This document shows positions 1 through 9,117 of a DNA stretch of 64,000 bases, piece by piece. Source of the stretch: an uncultured Acidobacteriota bacterium (GTDB taxonomy: Bacteria > Acidobacteriota > Thermoanaerobaculia > Multivoradales > UBA5704); the NCBI GenBank assembly GCA_963700145.1, contig OY969474.1, positions 1,664,001-1,728,000 of the forward strand, in the 5' to 3' direction. How positions within the stretch are numbered: the stretch's first letter is position 1; the number at the start of each line of letters is the position of its first letter. A program made the translations under genes and the position numbers. Below the pieces are notes generated by a model, which did no database searches, was not told where the DNA came from, and saw nothing but the letters and a program-made list of their open reading frames with translations.

Positions 1-16
1 CCAGCTAGCACAAGGC

Positions 17-899
17 ATGGCGGGTCAGGTGAAGAAGGTGGCCGTAGTCGAGTTCCCCGACCTGAACGGGTATCAATCGACTCTCGGTCAGTTCATCGCC
101 GAGGAGCTGATCACCCAGCTCTCCGCCGGCAAGGCGCCTGGTCAGTTCGATGTGGTCGAGCGCCGCCTTCTCGCGCGGGTGCTGAAGGAGCAGGAGCTCA
201 CGGACAGCAGCCTCTTCGATGCTGAGTCGATCGCCAAGATCGGCAAGATCCCTCGGCATCGAGGCGATAGTCACCGGCTCGATCGCGGACCTAGGCTCGG
301 ACGTCAAGATCAACGGTCGCGCGATTTCAGTCGAGAGCGCCAAAGTCTTCGCCGCCGCGTCGGCCAAGATCCCGAAGACCGACACCGTACAGCAGCTCAT
401 GCGACAGAATGCCGGTCAGGCTGCGCTCTTGTCAGCCTCCGCGCCTGCCTCGCGGGTGGCACAGCGGAGCGACGTGTACTTCCAGAACGACTTTCTGCGG
501 GTTGATATCTCGTCCGCGGCACTTTCCAAGGCCAAGGACCGCCTGACGCTTTCCCTGATTCTTCAGAACACCTCGAGCCAGGAGATTCTCGTCGCAATGG
601 ACAAGTACGGAGGTTGTCTAGCCCGAGTGGTCGATAACTCCGGCATAGTCGCACCTAGCGACAACGGCGGCGCCGTCATGGTCACAGGAGTACGCTGCCT
701 CGACTGGAGAGAGAGACCCGAGAACTACGCCCGACTCAGCCCAGGAGCTAAGACGCCTATCGTGCTCGCCTTCGAGACAGAGCGCGAAGAGCCGTTTGGA
801 GGCGGCCCCTTCTCTTTCAGCGCCGAATTCCTGCGGCTCGATGGAGGCAGCTACTCGCGTTTCACCATCGGACTCTCGGACATCGCGGTTAGAGACTGA
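17..899 (+). pseudogene. FlgO/CsgG-like (curli assembly/TolB-N-like) domain protein, frameshifted near 250; true start may lie before the window
   Basis: Frame 17.. gives KKVAVVEFPDL...FDVVERRLLARVLKEQEL...IAKIGKI. Frame 219..899 continues LGIEAIVTGSIADLGSDVKINGRAISVE. One extra C in 'atccctcggc' (248-257) separates the two frames. Confidence 0.7.
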
Positions 900-930
900 G
901 GGCAGCGCGAGGGCCCCGCACCCGCACGGC

Positions 931-1380
931 TCAGCTCTCTCTTCCCGGAGGTCGGGTCGCTCCAAGCAGGGATTCGACCTCTTCGATGAGCATAGGAAGG
1001 TTCGGCTGGTTGAAGCTCATTCCGGGCGCCGGGATGCGGTTGTGCTTCATCTCGGGAGGGACGTGCTTGTGGTGGGGGAACGTGCTCTGCAACGCCGGCT
1101 CGTTCGGATGGGGCTGCGGGTCGTACCAGTAGAGCTTCTCGCCGCCTTGCCAAGCCTCGTAAGCGTAGCCGGCGATGACTACCGGAAGGCGATCGAAGAC
1201 CAGCCTTTCGCGGACGACGAGCCGAATGCTGCGATCGAAATACAGCTCACCTTCCACGCGCGCCAGCGAGCTGCCACGCCTGACCAATGTGATCGTGGAA
1301 CGCCGAGTGCTGGCGAATCGCTCGGTCAGGGTGTAGAGGAAGAGCTCGTAGTCCTCGACCGTGCGGAGCGCGTCGGTCAC
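931..1380 (-). CDS. DUF6516/TumE-family toxin
   Basis: Motifs YAYEAWQGGEKLYWYDPQPHP...TFPHHKH. The GTG start overlaps the upstream gene's TGA (GTGA). Confidence 0.7.
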   Translation of the reverse strand: MTDALRTVEDYELFLYTLTERFASTRRSTITLVRRGSSLARVEGELYFDRSIRLVVRERLVFDRLPVVIAGYAYEAWQGGEKLYWYDPQPHPNEPALQSTFPHHKHVPPEMKHNRIPAPGMSFNQPNLPMLIEEVESLLGATRPPGRES

Positions 1381-1646
1381 GCGACCACGCGAACCAGACC
1401 TGCGAGGCTCGAGCGGCCCCCTTGGAGGGCCTGGATCTCGTTGCGGTACTCGGCTTGCCTTTCCAGCCACGTGCGGTAGACGCTCGCCCACTCGGCGAAG
1501 TCGAGCACCCAGGCTTCGTCCTCCGGCTCCTCACCGGCCGCATAGGCGGCATAGAAAGTCTCGGAGCGAAGGCCGTACCTGCGCTCGAGCTCCAGCAGCT
1601 CCTCTTCCAGAGCGTGGATGTCGGCCAGGATCTCTTGCGGAGTCAT
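1377..1646 (-). CDS. putative TumA-like antitoxin
   Basis: 89 aa and acidic, with an ELERRYGLRSETFY...DFAEW pattern; translationally coupled to the DUF6516 gene. Confidence 0.65.
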   Translation of the reverse strand: MTPQEILADIHALEEELLELERRYGLRSETFYAAYAAGEEPEDEAWVLDFAEWASVYRTWLERQAEYRNEIQALQGGRSSLAGLVRVVA

Positions 1647-1707
1647 GGGCTTTCCTCGGGCATCGAGTATAGACGGGGGTTAAGACGCCCGGCACGTGGG
1701 CCGGGCG

Positions 1708-2565
1708 CTACTTCTTCGAGTAGTCGTAGAACCCCCTGCCGCTCTTCCGCCCCAGGCGGCCGGCAAGGACCATCTGCTTGAGCAGCGGCGGCGGGGCGAA
1801 GCGCTTCTCGCGGTACTCCTCGAACATGATGTTGGCGATGTAGTAGGTGGTGTCGAGGCCGACGAAGTCGAGGAGAGCGAAGGGCCCCATCGGGTAGCCG
1901 CAGCCGAGCTGCATCGCCTTGTCGATGTCCTCGAGCGACCCCACCCCCTCCTCGTAGGCGCGGATGGCGTCGAGGATGTAGGGGACGAGGAGGCGGTTGA
2001 CGATGAAGCCGGAGTTGTCGCGCGCCGTCACCGGCTCCTTGCCGAGCGTCTTGACGAAGGCGAAGGCCGACTGGAAGGTGTCGTCGGAGGTGGCGAGGGT
2101 GCGCACCACCTCGACCAGCTTCATCACCGGCACCGGGTTGAAGAAGTGGAGCCCGACGAAGCGGTCCGGGCGCTTGGTGGACATGGCGAGCTGGGTGATG
2201 GTCAGCGACGACGTGTTGCTGGCGAAGATCGCCTCGGGCTTGACCGCGGTGTCGAGGGCGGCGAAGGTCTGCCGCTTCTCCTCGGGGTTCTCGACGATCG
2301 CCTCGACGACCAGGTCGCAGTCCTCGAAGGCGGCGAGGTCGACCGTGCCGCTCAGCCGCGCCGCCGCCTCGTCGCGCTGGGCGGCCTCCAGCTTCCCCTT
2401 CTCCACCGCCTTGTCGAGCGAGCCGCGGATGCGTCCCATCCCCTTCTCCAGCAGCTCCTCGTTGACCTCCCGCACCACGGTCGGGTAGCCCGCCCGGGCG
2501 CAGACCTCGGCGATCCCGGAGCCCATCAGCCCGCTGCCCAGGACGCCCACCTTCTGGATCTTCAT
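1708..2565 (-). CDS. 3-hydroxybutyryl-CoA dehydrogenase
   Basis: GxGxMG Rossmann motif, SNTSSL, HFFNP, GFIVNRLL, PMGP. Confidence 0.95.
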   Translation of the reverse strand: MKIQKVGVLGSGLMGSGIAEVCARAGYPTVVREVNEELLEKGMGRIRGSLDKAVEKGKLEAAQRDEAAARLSGTVDLAAFEDCDLVVEAIVENPEEKRQTFAALDTAVKPEAIFASNTSSLTITQLAMSTKRPDRFVGLHFFNPVPVMKLVEVVRTLATSDDTFQSAFAFVKTLGKEPVTARDNSGFIVNRLLVPYILDAIRAYEEGVGSLEDIDKAMQLGCGYPMGPFALLDFVGLDTTYYIANIMFEEYREKRFAPPPLLKQMVLAGRLGRKSGRGFYDYSKK

Positions 2566-2581
2566 CGAATCCTCCTTGGGA

Positions 2582-3004
2582 TCATGTGAGTTCCTCCTCG
2601 ATCACCCGCTCCCCTTCGCTCTCCCCGCGCGCCAGCCGCAGCCGCCGCGCCCCGGCGACCGGCCAGGGAAGCCGCTCCGGCCACTCCACCACCTTGACCC
2701 CGGGGCCGGCCAGCAGCTCCTCCAGCCCCAGCCCCGCCGCCTCGGCCGGCTCCAGGCGGTAGAGATCGACGTGCACGAGGCGCGCCCCGCCCGGGCCGGC
2801 GTGTTCGCGGATCAGCGTGAAGGTCGGCGAGGCGATCTCCCGCGGCGCGATCCCCAGCCCGCGCGCCACACCTTGCGCCAGCACCGTCTTGCCGCTCCCC
2901 AGGTCGCCGGCCAGGAGGAGCGTACCGTCCGGGGCCAGCTCGGCGGCGAGCGCCTCCCCCACCCTCCGGGTCTCCTCCTCCGACACGGTGCGCCAGCGTC
3001 TCAC
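2582..3004 (-). CDS. tsaE: tRNA threonylcarbamoyladenosine biosynthesis ATPase TsaE
   Basis: GDLGSGKT, SPTFTL, HVDLYRL, VEWPE. The GTG start overlaps the nnr stop. Confidence 0.93.
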   Translation of the reverse strand: MRRWRTVSEEETRRVGEALAAELAPDGTLLLAGDLGSGKTVLAQGVARGLGIAPREIASPTFTLIREHAGPGGARLVHVDLYRLEPAEAAGLGLEELLAGPGVKVVEWPERLPWPVAGARRLRLARGESEGERVIEEELT

Positions 3005-4563
3005 GACGGGCCGGAGGCGACGCGGGCCAGATGGCGGAAGGCGGACGGCAGCTCTTCGGCCAGGTCGCCGGCCGAAAGCCCGCGCGTCCCCTGCCGCTCG
3101 GCGGCGAGGTCCCCGGCCAGGCCGTGGACGTAGGCGCCGGCCAGGGCCGCGGCGAAGGGATCGAGTCCCTGGGCCAACAGGGCGGCGAGGAGGCCGGTGA
3201 GCACGTCGCCGGTGCCGCCGGTGGCCATCCCGGGGTTGCCGGTCGGGTTGATCCAGACCTCGCCGTCGGGGCTCGCCACCAGCGTCCGCCGCCCCTTGAG
3301 GAGGACGACCGCGCCGGTCTCGCGCGCCAGGCGCTCGGCCGCCCCTACACGGTCGGCCTGCACCTCGGCGGCGGTGAGCCCGAGGAGGCGGCCGGCCTCG
3401 CCCGGGTGCGGGGTGAGGATGGCCGGGCTCGCGCGCTCCGCGAGCTCCCCGGCGCGCCCGGCGAAAGCGTTCAGACCGTCGGCGTCGACCACCACCGGCA
3501 CCGGCGATTCGCGCACGAGACGGCGCACCGCCTCGGCCGTCTCGGGGTCGGTGCCGAGCCCGGGCCCCAGAGCGAGCGCCCCCTTCCCCGCCATCGCCGC
3601 ATGCACCCGCTCGACCGCGGCGCCGGCGAGGGCGCCCGCGGCGTTCGCCGGCAGCGGTACCGTCATCGACTCGGCCGAGCCCGCGGCGACACTCGGGAGG
3701 ATCGGCTCCGGCACCGCCACCGTGACCAGCCCCGCCCCGCCCCGCACGGCGCCGCGCGCGGCCAGAACCGCTGCGCCGGCCTTCCCCCGCGAGCCGGCGA
3801 CCAACAAGGCATGGCCGCAGTCCCCCTTGTGGGCGCCGGCGGGACGCGGCGGCAGGAGGGCGGCGGCCTCCTCCTCGGTCAGCAGGTGGAGCGCGCCGGG
3901 CGCCGCCTCGACCAGCCAGGGCGGGATGCCGAGGTCGGTCACCACCAGCTCCCCCACCGAGTCCGCCGCCGGCGGCAGGACGTGCGCCACTTTGGGGGCG
4001 GCGAAGGTCACCGTCAGGTCGGCGCGCAGGTGCGGCTCCCAGGCCTCGGCGCGGCTCCCCGCGAGGCCGCTCGGGAGGTCCACGGCCACGCGCGGCCGCG
4101 GCAGCGCGTTGAGGGCGGCGACGAGGGCCGCGAAGTGCCCTTCGAGCGGCCGCGCCAGGCCAGTGCCGAAGAGGGCGTCGACGACGAGGTCGGCCGCCGC
4201 GGCGGCGGCGAGGTGCGGGGCGAGGTCGCCGTCGGGCGGCAGCTCGACGAGCGGCAGCTCGAGGGCGCGGACGATGCCGAGCTGCACCGCCGCGTCGCCG
4301 CCGAGCGCCCGCCCACCGGCCGCTAGCACGGTCTCGACCTGATAGCCGCGCACCGCCAGGTGGCGCGCCACGGCCAGGCCGTCGCCGCCGTTGTTGCCCG
4401 GGCCGCAGAAGACGACCGCGGAGGCGGCGCGCGGGTAGACCTCGCCGATCGCCTCGACGACGCCGATCGCGGCGTTCTCCATGAGCACCAGCCCCGGCAC
4501 TCCCAGCTCGTCGATGGCCGCGCGGTCGAGCGCGCGCATCGCCTCGGCGGTCAGGACCCGCAC
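3001..4563 (-). CDS. nnr: bifunctional NAD(P)H-hydrate epimerase/dehydratase
   Basis: LMENAA, GNNGGDG, DALFGTG, HKGDCG, LTPHPGE, GGTGDVLTG. Confidence 0.95.
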   Translation of the reverse strand: MRVLTAEAMRALDRAAIDELGVPGLVLMENAAIGVVEAIGEVYPRAASAVVFCGPGNNGGDGLAVARHLAVRGYQVETVLAAGGRALGGDAAVQLGIVRALELPLVELPPDGDLAPHLAAAAAADLVVDALFGTGLARPLEGHFAALVAALNALPRPRVAVDLPSGLAGSRAEAWEPHLRADLTVTFAAPKVAHVLPPAADSVGELVVTDLGIPPWLVEAAPGALHLLTEEEAAALLPPRPAGAHKGDCGHALLVAGSRGKAGAAVLAARGAVRGGAGLVTVAVPEPILPSVAAGSAESMTVPLPANAAGALAGAAVERVHAAMAGKGALALGPGLGTDPETAEAVRRLVRESPVPVVVDADGLNAFAGRAGELAERASPAILTPHPGEAGRLLGLTAAEVQADRVGAAERLARETGAVVLLKGRRTLVASPDGEVWINPTGNPGMATGGTGDVLTGLLAALLAQGLDPFAAALAGAYVHGLAGDLAAERQGTRGLSAGDLAEELPSAFRHLARVASGPS

Positions 4564-4585
4564 GGTCAGGACCCGCGGAGATGTC

Positions 4586-4622
4586 CCCCTCTCCCATGTG
4601 GGAGAGGGGCCAGGGGTGAGGG
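4586..4622. repeat. REP-like hairpin (CCCCTCTCCCA-TG-TGGGAGAGGGG...GGGGTGAGGG family)
   Basis: Perfect 11-bp stem followed by the GGGGTGAGGG tail typical of this dispersed palindrome family; intergenic. Confidence 0.7.
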
Positions 4623-4674
4623 AGATGGGATCAACGCAGGAAAGGTGGAAGCCTCTTGGATGCTCCCGTCAGGT

Positions 4675-5364
4675 TCAGCGGCCGCAGCCAACGAGAGGGT
4701 CCCTCTTAACCAGTCGATCCCAGGCCTCAAGGAGGCCCCGGGTCCGGGGGCAGCCCAGATCGCCGGCGGCCATCTCGGCGGCGAGGCGGCGGAGGTCGGC
4801 GGGGGTGTCCACGTCGGCGGCATGAGGCAGGAGCTCGACGGCGAGGCCGAGCTCGCGGCAGCGGTCGAGGGTGGCGGCGAGGACGCCGGCGGTGGACCAG
4901 GGGATCTCGCTGAAGAGGCGCGGGTCGAGGGCGGCGGCGCGCAGGGCGATGAGGTAGTAGCCGCCGTCTTCGGCGGGGCCGAGGACGACTTCGGCGCCGG
5001 CTTCTAGGCGCTCGAAGGCGCGGTGGACGAGGGGCAGGGGGAGGGTGGGGTGGTCGCTGCCGAGGGCGGCGACGAGGAGGGCCTCGCGGGCGGCGGCGGA
5101 GAGGGCGCGGTGGAGGCGGGCGCCTAGGTCATGGCCTTCCTGGCGGAGGCCGGGGACGGGGCCGGCGGGGAGGGGGTCACCGGGGTCGAGGTCCCAGGCT
5201 AGGCGGAGGTCGAAGTCGCCGGCGCTGAGGCGTTCCAGGAGATCGGCGAGGAAGGCGGCGTGGAGGTCGGCGGCTTCCTCGGGGCTAAGATCGCCGATTA
5301 GGCGGGTTTTGACTCGGCCGGGGCGGGCTGGCTTGGTGAAGAGAAGAAGGCGGCGGCCGGGCAC
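4675..5364 (-). CDS. TIGR04282/DUF2064-family glycosyltransferase-like protein
   Basis: LLLFTKPARPGRVKTRL, QEGHDLGARL, GSDHP, LGPAEDGGYYLI, DVDTPADL. TACAAT lies 6 nt before the GTG. Confidence 0.88.
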   Translation of the reverse strand: MPGRRLLLFTKPARPGRVKTRLIGDLSPEEAADLHAAFLADLLERLSAGDFDLRLAWDLDPGDPLPAGPVPGLRQEGHDLGARLHRALSAAAREALLVAALGSDHPTLPLPLVHRAFERLEAGAEVVLGPAEDGGYYLIALRAAALDPRLFSEIPWSTAGVLAATLDRCRELGLAVELLPHAADVDTPADLRRLAAEMAAGDLGCPRTRGLLEAWDRLVKRDPLVGCGR

Positions 5365-5393
5365 ACGCGGATTGTATATGGGGAGCCGTGGAG

Positions 5394-5580
5394 GGTCGGT
5401 TGGGGGCCTCCCGGCGGGAACCGGCGCGCGCAACAGATGACTGCCGGATCTGAGGCGCGCGCCTGCGCTTCGCTGCGCGCGGAATCGGGCGGTGGGCCGC
5501 AAAGGGTGTTGCCAGCGCTTGCTCAGAGCTTCCCGCCGGGAGGCCCCCAACCGACCGGGAGCGGCCGTGGCCGCCCTACC
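5394..5580. repeat. 27-bp perfect inverted repeat (5394-5420 / 5530-5556) plus adjacent GTAG-type hairpin; MITE/REPIN-like
   Basis: GGTCGGTTGGGGGCCTCCCGGCGGGAA and its exact reverse complement enclose 109 bp. It is followed by GCGGCCGTGGCCGCCCTAC. Confidence 0.75.
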
Positions 5581-5610
5581 CAGAAAAAAGAAGCAAGAAA
5601 AGGATACGGA

Positions 5611-6414
5611 TTGCCCCTCCTGACTCTGCTCACCGACTTCGGGACGGCGGACTACTACGTCGCGGCGGTCAAGGGGGTGGTGCTGCGGCTGGCGCCGGGG
5701 ACGGTGATCGTGGATGTTGGGCACGAGGTGGCGCCTGGGGACGTGGAGGCGGGCGCTTTCCTCTGGTCGGCCGCCGTGCGTTGGTTTCCAGAGGGGACGG
5801 TGCACCTGGCGGTCGTGGATCCCGGCGTTGGGAGCGAACGGCGGATCCTGGCGGCGCGGGGGGAGCGGGGATTCCTGCTGGCCCCGGACAATGGGTTGCT
5901 CACGCCGTTTCTGGACGAGCCCGGGTTCGAGGTGCGGGTGGTGGAGCGGGAGGACCTGTTTCTTCACGGGCCCGGCACCACGTTCCATGGGAGGGACAGG
6001 TTCGCGCCGGTGGCGGCGTGGGTGCTGCGGGGGGAGGCTTTCGAGGCGCTGGGGCCGGTTGTGGGGGATGCGGTGCGGCTGCCGGGCGAGCGGCCGCGGC
6101 GGGAGGGGGGGCGGCTCACCGGACGGGTGATTCACGTCGATCGGTTCGGGAACCTGGTGACCGACATCCCTTCCGACTGGCTGCCGCCGGGGCCCTGCCG
6201 CGTCGCGGTCGGCGGCCACGCCACCGAGCGCCGCGCCACGCATTACGCGGAGGTCCCGGCCGGCGAGGCTGCCCTCCTTCCCGGGTCTCTCGGCACCCTG
6301 GAGCTGGCGGTCAACGGCGGGCGGCTGGCCGATCTCTGGCGGGTCGGGCGGGGCGCTGGGGTGACCATCGACTGCGGGGTTGGTACGGATCTTTCAGAGA
6401 TTTCGGGCGGCTAG
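5611..6414 (+). CDS. SAM hydrolase / SAM-dependent halogenase family protein (DUF62)
   Basis: LTLLTDFG...YVAAVKG, VVDPGVG, APDNGLL, TFHGRDRFAP, DRFGNLVT. Confidence 0.92.
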   Translation: MPLLTLLTDFGTADYYVAAVKGVVLRLAPGTVIVDVGHEVAPGDVEAGAFLWSAAVRWFPEGTVHLAVVDPGVGSERRILAARGERGFLLAPDNGLLTPFLDEPGFEVRVVEREDLFLHGPGTTFHGRDRFAPVAAWVLRGEAFEALGPVVGDAVRLPGERPRREGGRLTGRVIHVDRFGNLVTDIPSDWLPPGPCRVAVGGHATERRATHYAEVPAGEAALLPGSLGTLELAVNGGRLADLWRVGRGAGVTIDCGVGTDLSEISGG

Positions 6415-6464
6415 GCGCCGCGCCGGCCCCGGGGCGGCGCCGGAGGGTGGGAAGGAGCGCGGCC

Positions 6465-6662
6465 ATGAGCAAGTGGGAGTACAAGATCATCAACATCCGG
6501 AGCGAGAACTATCGCCTCGATCCGAACGCCGCCACGCAGATGAATCAGTTGGGCGAGGAGGGGTGGGAGCTGGTCTCGATCACCTCGGTCAACTTCAAGA
6601 CCGGGGCCACGGACAACATCGCGATGGTCTTCAAGCGGCCGGTGACGGCCGCGCCCGCCTAG
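6465..6662 (+). CDS. DUF4177 domain small protein
   Basis: MSKWEYK...NQLGEEGWELVS...FKRP, with an AAGGAG RBS upstream. Confidence 0.85.
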   Translation: MSKWEYKIINIRSENYRLDPNAATQMNQLGEEGWELVSITSVNFKTGATDNIAMVFKRPVTAAPA

Positions 6663-6904
6663 TCGCTGTCGCGCTTGCTGCGCCGGGCCGCGAGGCGCTT
6701 CTTCTTGCGGCGGGTGCGGCGTAGCGCCACGGCCAGCCCGCCGGCGCCGGCGAGCAGCCCGACCAGCAGGTACTTGTGCCGCGGCACGAAGCCGAGCTCG
6801 CTCTCGACCGAGCCGCGCAGCTCCCCGAGCCGCAGTTCCAGGTCGCGGCGCGCCTCTTCCAGCCGGCGCTCGGCCTCGCTCAGCTCGTCGCTGTCGCTTC
6901 CCAT
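6659..6904 (-). CDS. small membrane-anchored protein (DUF3618/YqjK-like)
   Basis: Coiled-coil N-terminus, one hydrophobic segment, basic tail; follows the holin-X gene with an RBS. Confidence 0.6.
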   Translation of the reverse strand: MGSDSDELSEAERRLEEARRDLELRLGELRGSVESELGFVPRHKYLLVGLLAGAGGLAVALRRTRRKKKRLAARRSKRDSD

Positions 6905-6906
6905 GC

Positions 6907-7356
6907 TCACTCCTCCTCGACCGCCGCGGCCGAGCCAGCCGCCCGCGCCGCCTCGCGCGGCGTCACCACCGGCCGCTCCTCGCGCAGCAGGCTGCTCTGC
7001 CACCAGGCGAGGTGATCGGAAAGGCGGCGGCCGATCGTCCGCGCCGGCCCTTCGAAGGCGCGCAGCTTCTTGGTCCCGATCCAGCCGAGGAGCGCCACGA
7101 CCAGCGCCAGGAGACCGGTGACGATGAGCGCCGCCCCCCAGACCGGCAGCCAGATCGCCAGCAGCGCCACCAGCGCCACCAGCAGCAGCCCGACGAGCCA
7201 GAAGGCCACCACCAGCGCCGCGCCGAAGAGCGCCGCCGCCGCGCCCAGCCGCTTCGCCGACAGGGTGACGTCGGCGCGCAGCGCCTCGCTCTCGGCGCGC
7301 AGCACCTCGAGGAAGGCGGCGCCGATCGCGCGGAGCTGGTCGATGAAGTCGTGCAT
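6907..7356 (-). CDS. holin-X / YhjD-like (phage holin family) membrane protein
   Basis: LRAESEALRA followed by two transmembrane segments with the typical L...PVWGAALIV pattern. Confidence 0.75.
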   Translation of the reverse strand: MHDFIDQLRAIGAAFLEVLRAESEALRADVTLSAKRLGAAAALFGAALVVAFWLVGLLLVALVALLAIWLPVWGAALIVTGLLALVVALLGWIGTKKLRAFEGPARTIGRRLSDHLAWWQSSLLREERPVVTPREAARAAGSAAAVEEE

Positions 7357-7373
7357 CCGGGTCCCGCGCGCCC

Positions 7374-9107
7374 CTACGCCCCGGTCCCGACCCGCACGAC
7401 GCGCGAGATGAAGGAGCTCTCCGAGCCGACGTCGTCGCGCGCCCCCACCGCCACGCGGTGGTCGCCGCCGCGCATCAGCAGGGTCAGCGAGTAGGTGTAG
7501 TGCTTGCCGCGGGCGCTCTCCACCTCGGCGATGGGGATCTGAATCGGCACCCGCGCCTGCTGCACCTCGGAGGTGCCGCCGTCGGCGTCCATGACCGCGA
7601 AGTAGAGCCGCACGACGCCGTCGTGGGTCTGCTCGCGCGGGATCAGCAGCAGCTTGCCGAGCGGGATGCGGACCTGGACCGGCTGCAGGAAGTGGCCGTC
7701 GTCCTTGCGCGTCGGCCGGTCGAAGGTGACCTCGATGCCGAGGGGGTTCTCCTCGTAGGGGAAGTTGAGGGCGGCGAGGGTGCCGTCCGCCATCTGCGCC
7801 TCGGAGCTCTTGTCGCGGTAGCCCTCGCGGTGGCGCACCACGAGCCCCTTGCGCTTCACCTTGACCTCGATCGTGTGGTAGCGGCCGTCCCCGACGTGGG
7901 ACGGCGAGTAGCCGAGCGAGTAGTAGGTCTTGAAGTCGTTGGCGATCTTCTCCAGGTGCGACAGCACGCTGTTGGCGTTGAGGATGGCCTTGCCGCCGGT
8001 CGTCGCCGCCATGTACTGCAGCGGGCTCTGCATGTTCGACATGGTGATCTGGTCGAGGAAGATGCTCTGCCCGGCGCCGCCGGAGTTCTCGGCCGAGATC
8101 GAGGAGTAGGTGCGCAGGCCGGCGGCGTCGATGGTGTAGAAGGTGATGCGGTTGGCGTTGGCCTGCGAGGCCAGCTCGCGGAAGCGGCGCGAGGCGTCGA
8201 AGCGGAAGCCTTCGGTCAGGCTGGCGCCGGCGCTCTGCCCGAACTTCTGCTCGACGGCGTAGAAGAGCTCCTGGCCGGCCGTCATCGGCAGGCCGTCGCT
8301 GACGTAGAGGACCGCCTTGCGGCCCGGCATCCCGGCCAGCATGTCGACCGTCGTCTTGAGGCCGTCGATCGAGAAGTTGAGGTCGTTGGCGATCGACTCG
8401 GCATAGCTGCGGGCGTAACCCAGCGCCTGCTGCGGGCTCTCCGACTCCTCGATGCGCGCCAGGGCGTCGCGCCGCTCGGAGTCGTGGTGGACGGCATGGC
8501 CGGAGACGGTCTCGAGGTCGCCGAGGGCGGCGGCGACCAGGGCGGGGTCGCTGGTGAAGGTGCGCCGCACCTTGAGCGAGCGGTCGTAGGTGACCAGCAT
8601 CACCCGGTCCTCACGCGTCACGTTCTGGTTGAGGAAGGTGCGCATCTCGCGCAGCACCCGGTTGCGGTTGAACGGGTGGATGTTGAAGTTGTCGACGTAG
8701 ACGATGAGCCGCAGCCGCTGGTCCTCGGGGACCGGCTCCGGCGCCGGCGGAGCTCCGGTGGCGCTCGCGACCATTGCCGGCCCGGGGTCGGAGGCCGCGG
8801 AGGGCTTCCCGCCCTCGACGGCGTAGAAGTTGGTCACGGCCATCGGCTTGCGGTCCTCGAACAGCTCGAAGTCGTTCTTGGTCAGGCCGGTGATCGGGTT
8901 GCCCTTCTTGTCGGTGACGTAGACGTCGACGTTGACCACGTTGACGCTGACGATGTCGGCGAAGAACTCCTGCCCCTCCCCCGGCGGTTGCGTGCCGCGA
9001 GGCTTCTGCGCCAGGAGGACCGCCCCGGGGAGGAGCAGGAGAGAGAGCGCCGCCGCGGCGAAGGCCCGGCGGGAGTGGCGGAGGGACGTACGGCGGGTGA
9101 CTCGCAT
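7374..9107 (-). CDS. VWA domain protein (VWFA-related acidobacterial type), exported
   Basis: Signal peptide, VNVDVYVTDKKGNPITGL...DFELFED, GRKAVLYVSDG, TTGGKA, YYSLGY. Confidence 0.88.
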   Translation of the reverse strand: MRVTRRTSLRHSRRAFAAAALSLLLLPGAVLLAQKPRGTQPPGEGQEFFADIVSVNVVNVDVYVTDKKGNPITGLTKNDFELFEDRKPMAVTNFYAVEGGKPSAASDPGPAMVASATGAPPAPEPVPEDQRLRLIVYVDNFNIHPFNRNRVLREMRTFLNQNVTREDRVMLVTYDRSLKVRRTFTSDPALVAAALGDLETVSGHAVHHDSERRDALARIEESESPQQALGYARSYAESIANDLNFSIDGLKTTVDMLAGMPGRKAVLYVSDGLPMTAGQELFYAVEQKFGQSAGASLTEGFRFDASRRFRELASQANANRITFYTIDAAGLRTYSSISAENSGGAGQSIFLDQITMSNMQSPLQYMAATTGGKAILNANSVLSHLEKIANDFKTYYSLGYSPSHVGDGRYHTIEVKVKRKGLVVRHREGYRDKSSEAQMADGTLAALNFPYEENPLGIEVTFDRPTRKDDGHFLQPVQVRIPLGKLLLIPREQTHDGVVRLYFAVMDADGGTSEVQQARVPIQIPIAEVESARGKHYTYSLTLLMRGGDHRVAVGARDDVGSESSFISRVVRVGTGA

Positions 9108-9117
9108 CGCCGCGATT

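Noticed and set aside
4675-5364. Arsenosugar biosynthesis cluster
   Set aside because: Partner genes (radical SAM ArsS, ArsM, TIGR04283) are absent.
5611-6414. Halogenation pathway linking the DUF62 gene with the haloperoxidase domain
   Set aside because: They are about 48 kb apart with no biosynthetic genes nearby, and most DUF62 proteins are SAM hydrolases.
6907-7356. Prophage lysis gene
   Set aside because: Holin-X family genes are common chromosomal membrane proteins, and no phage genes are nearby.
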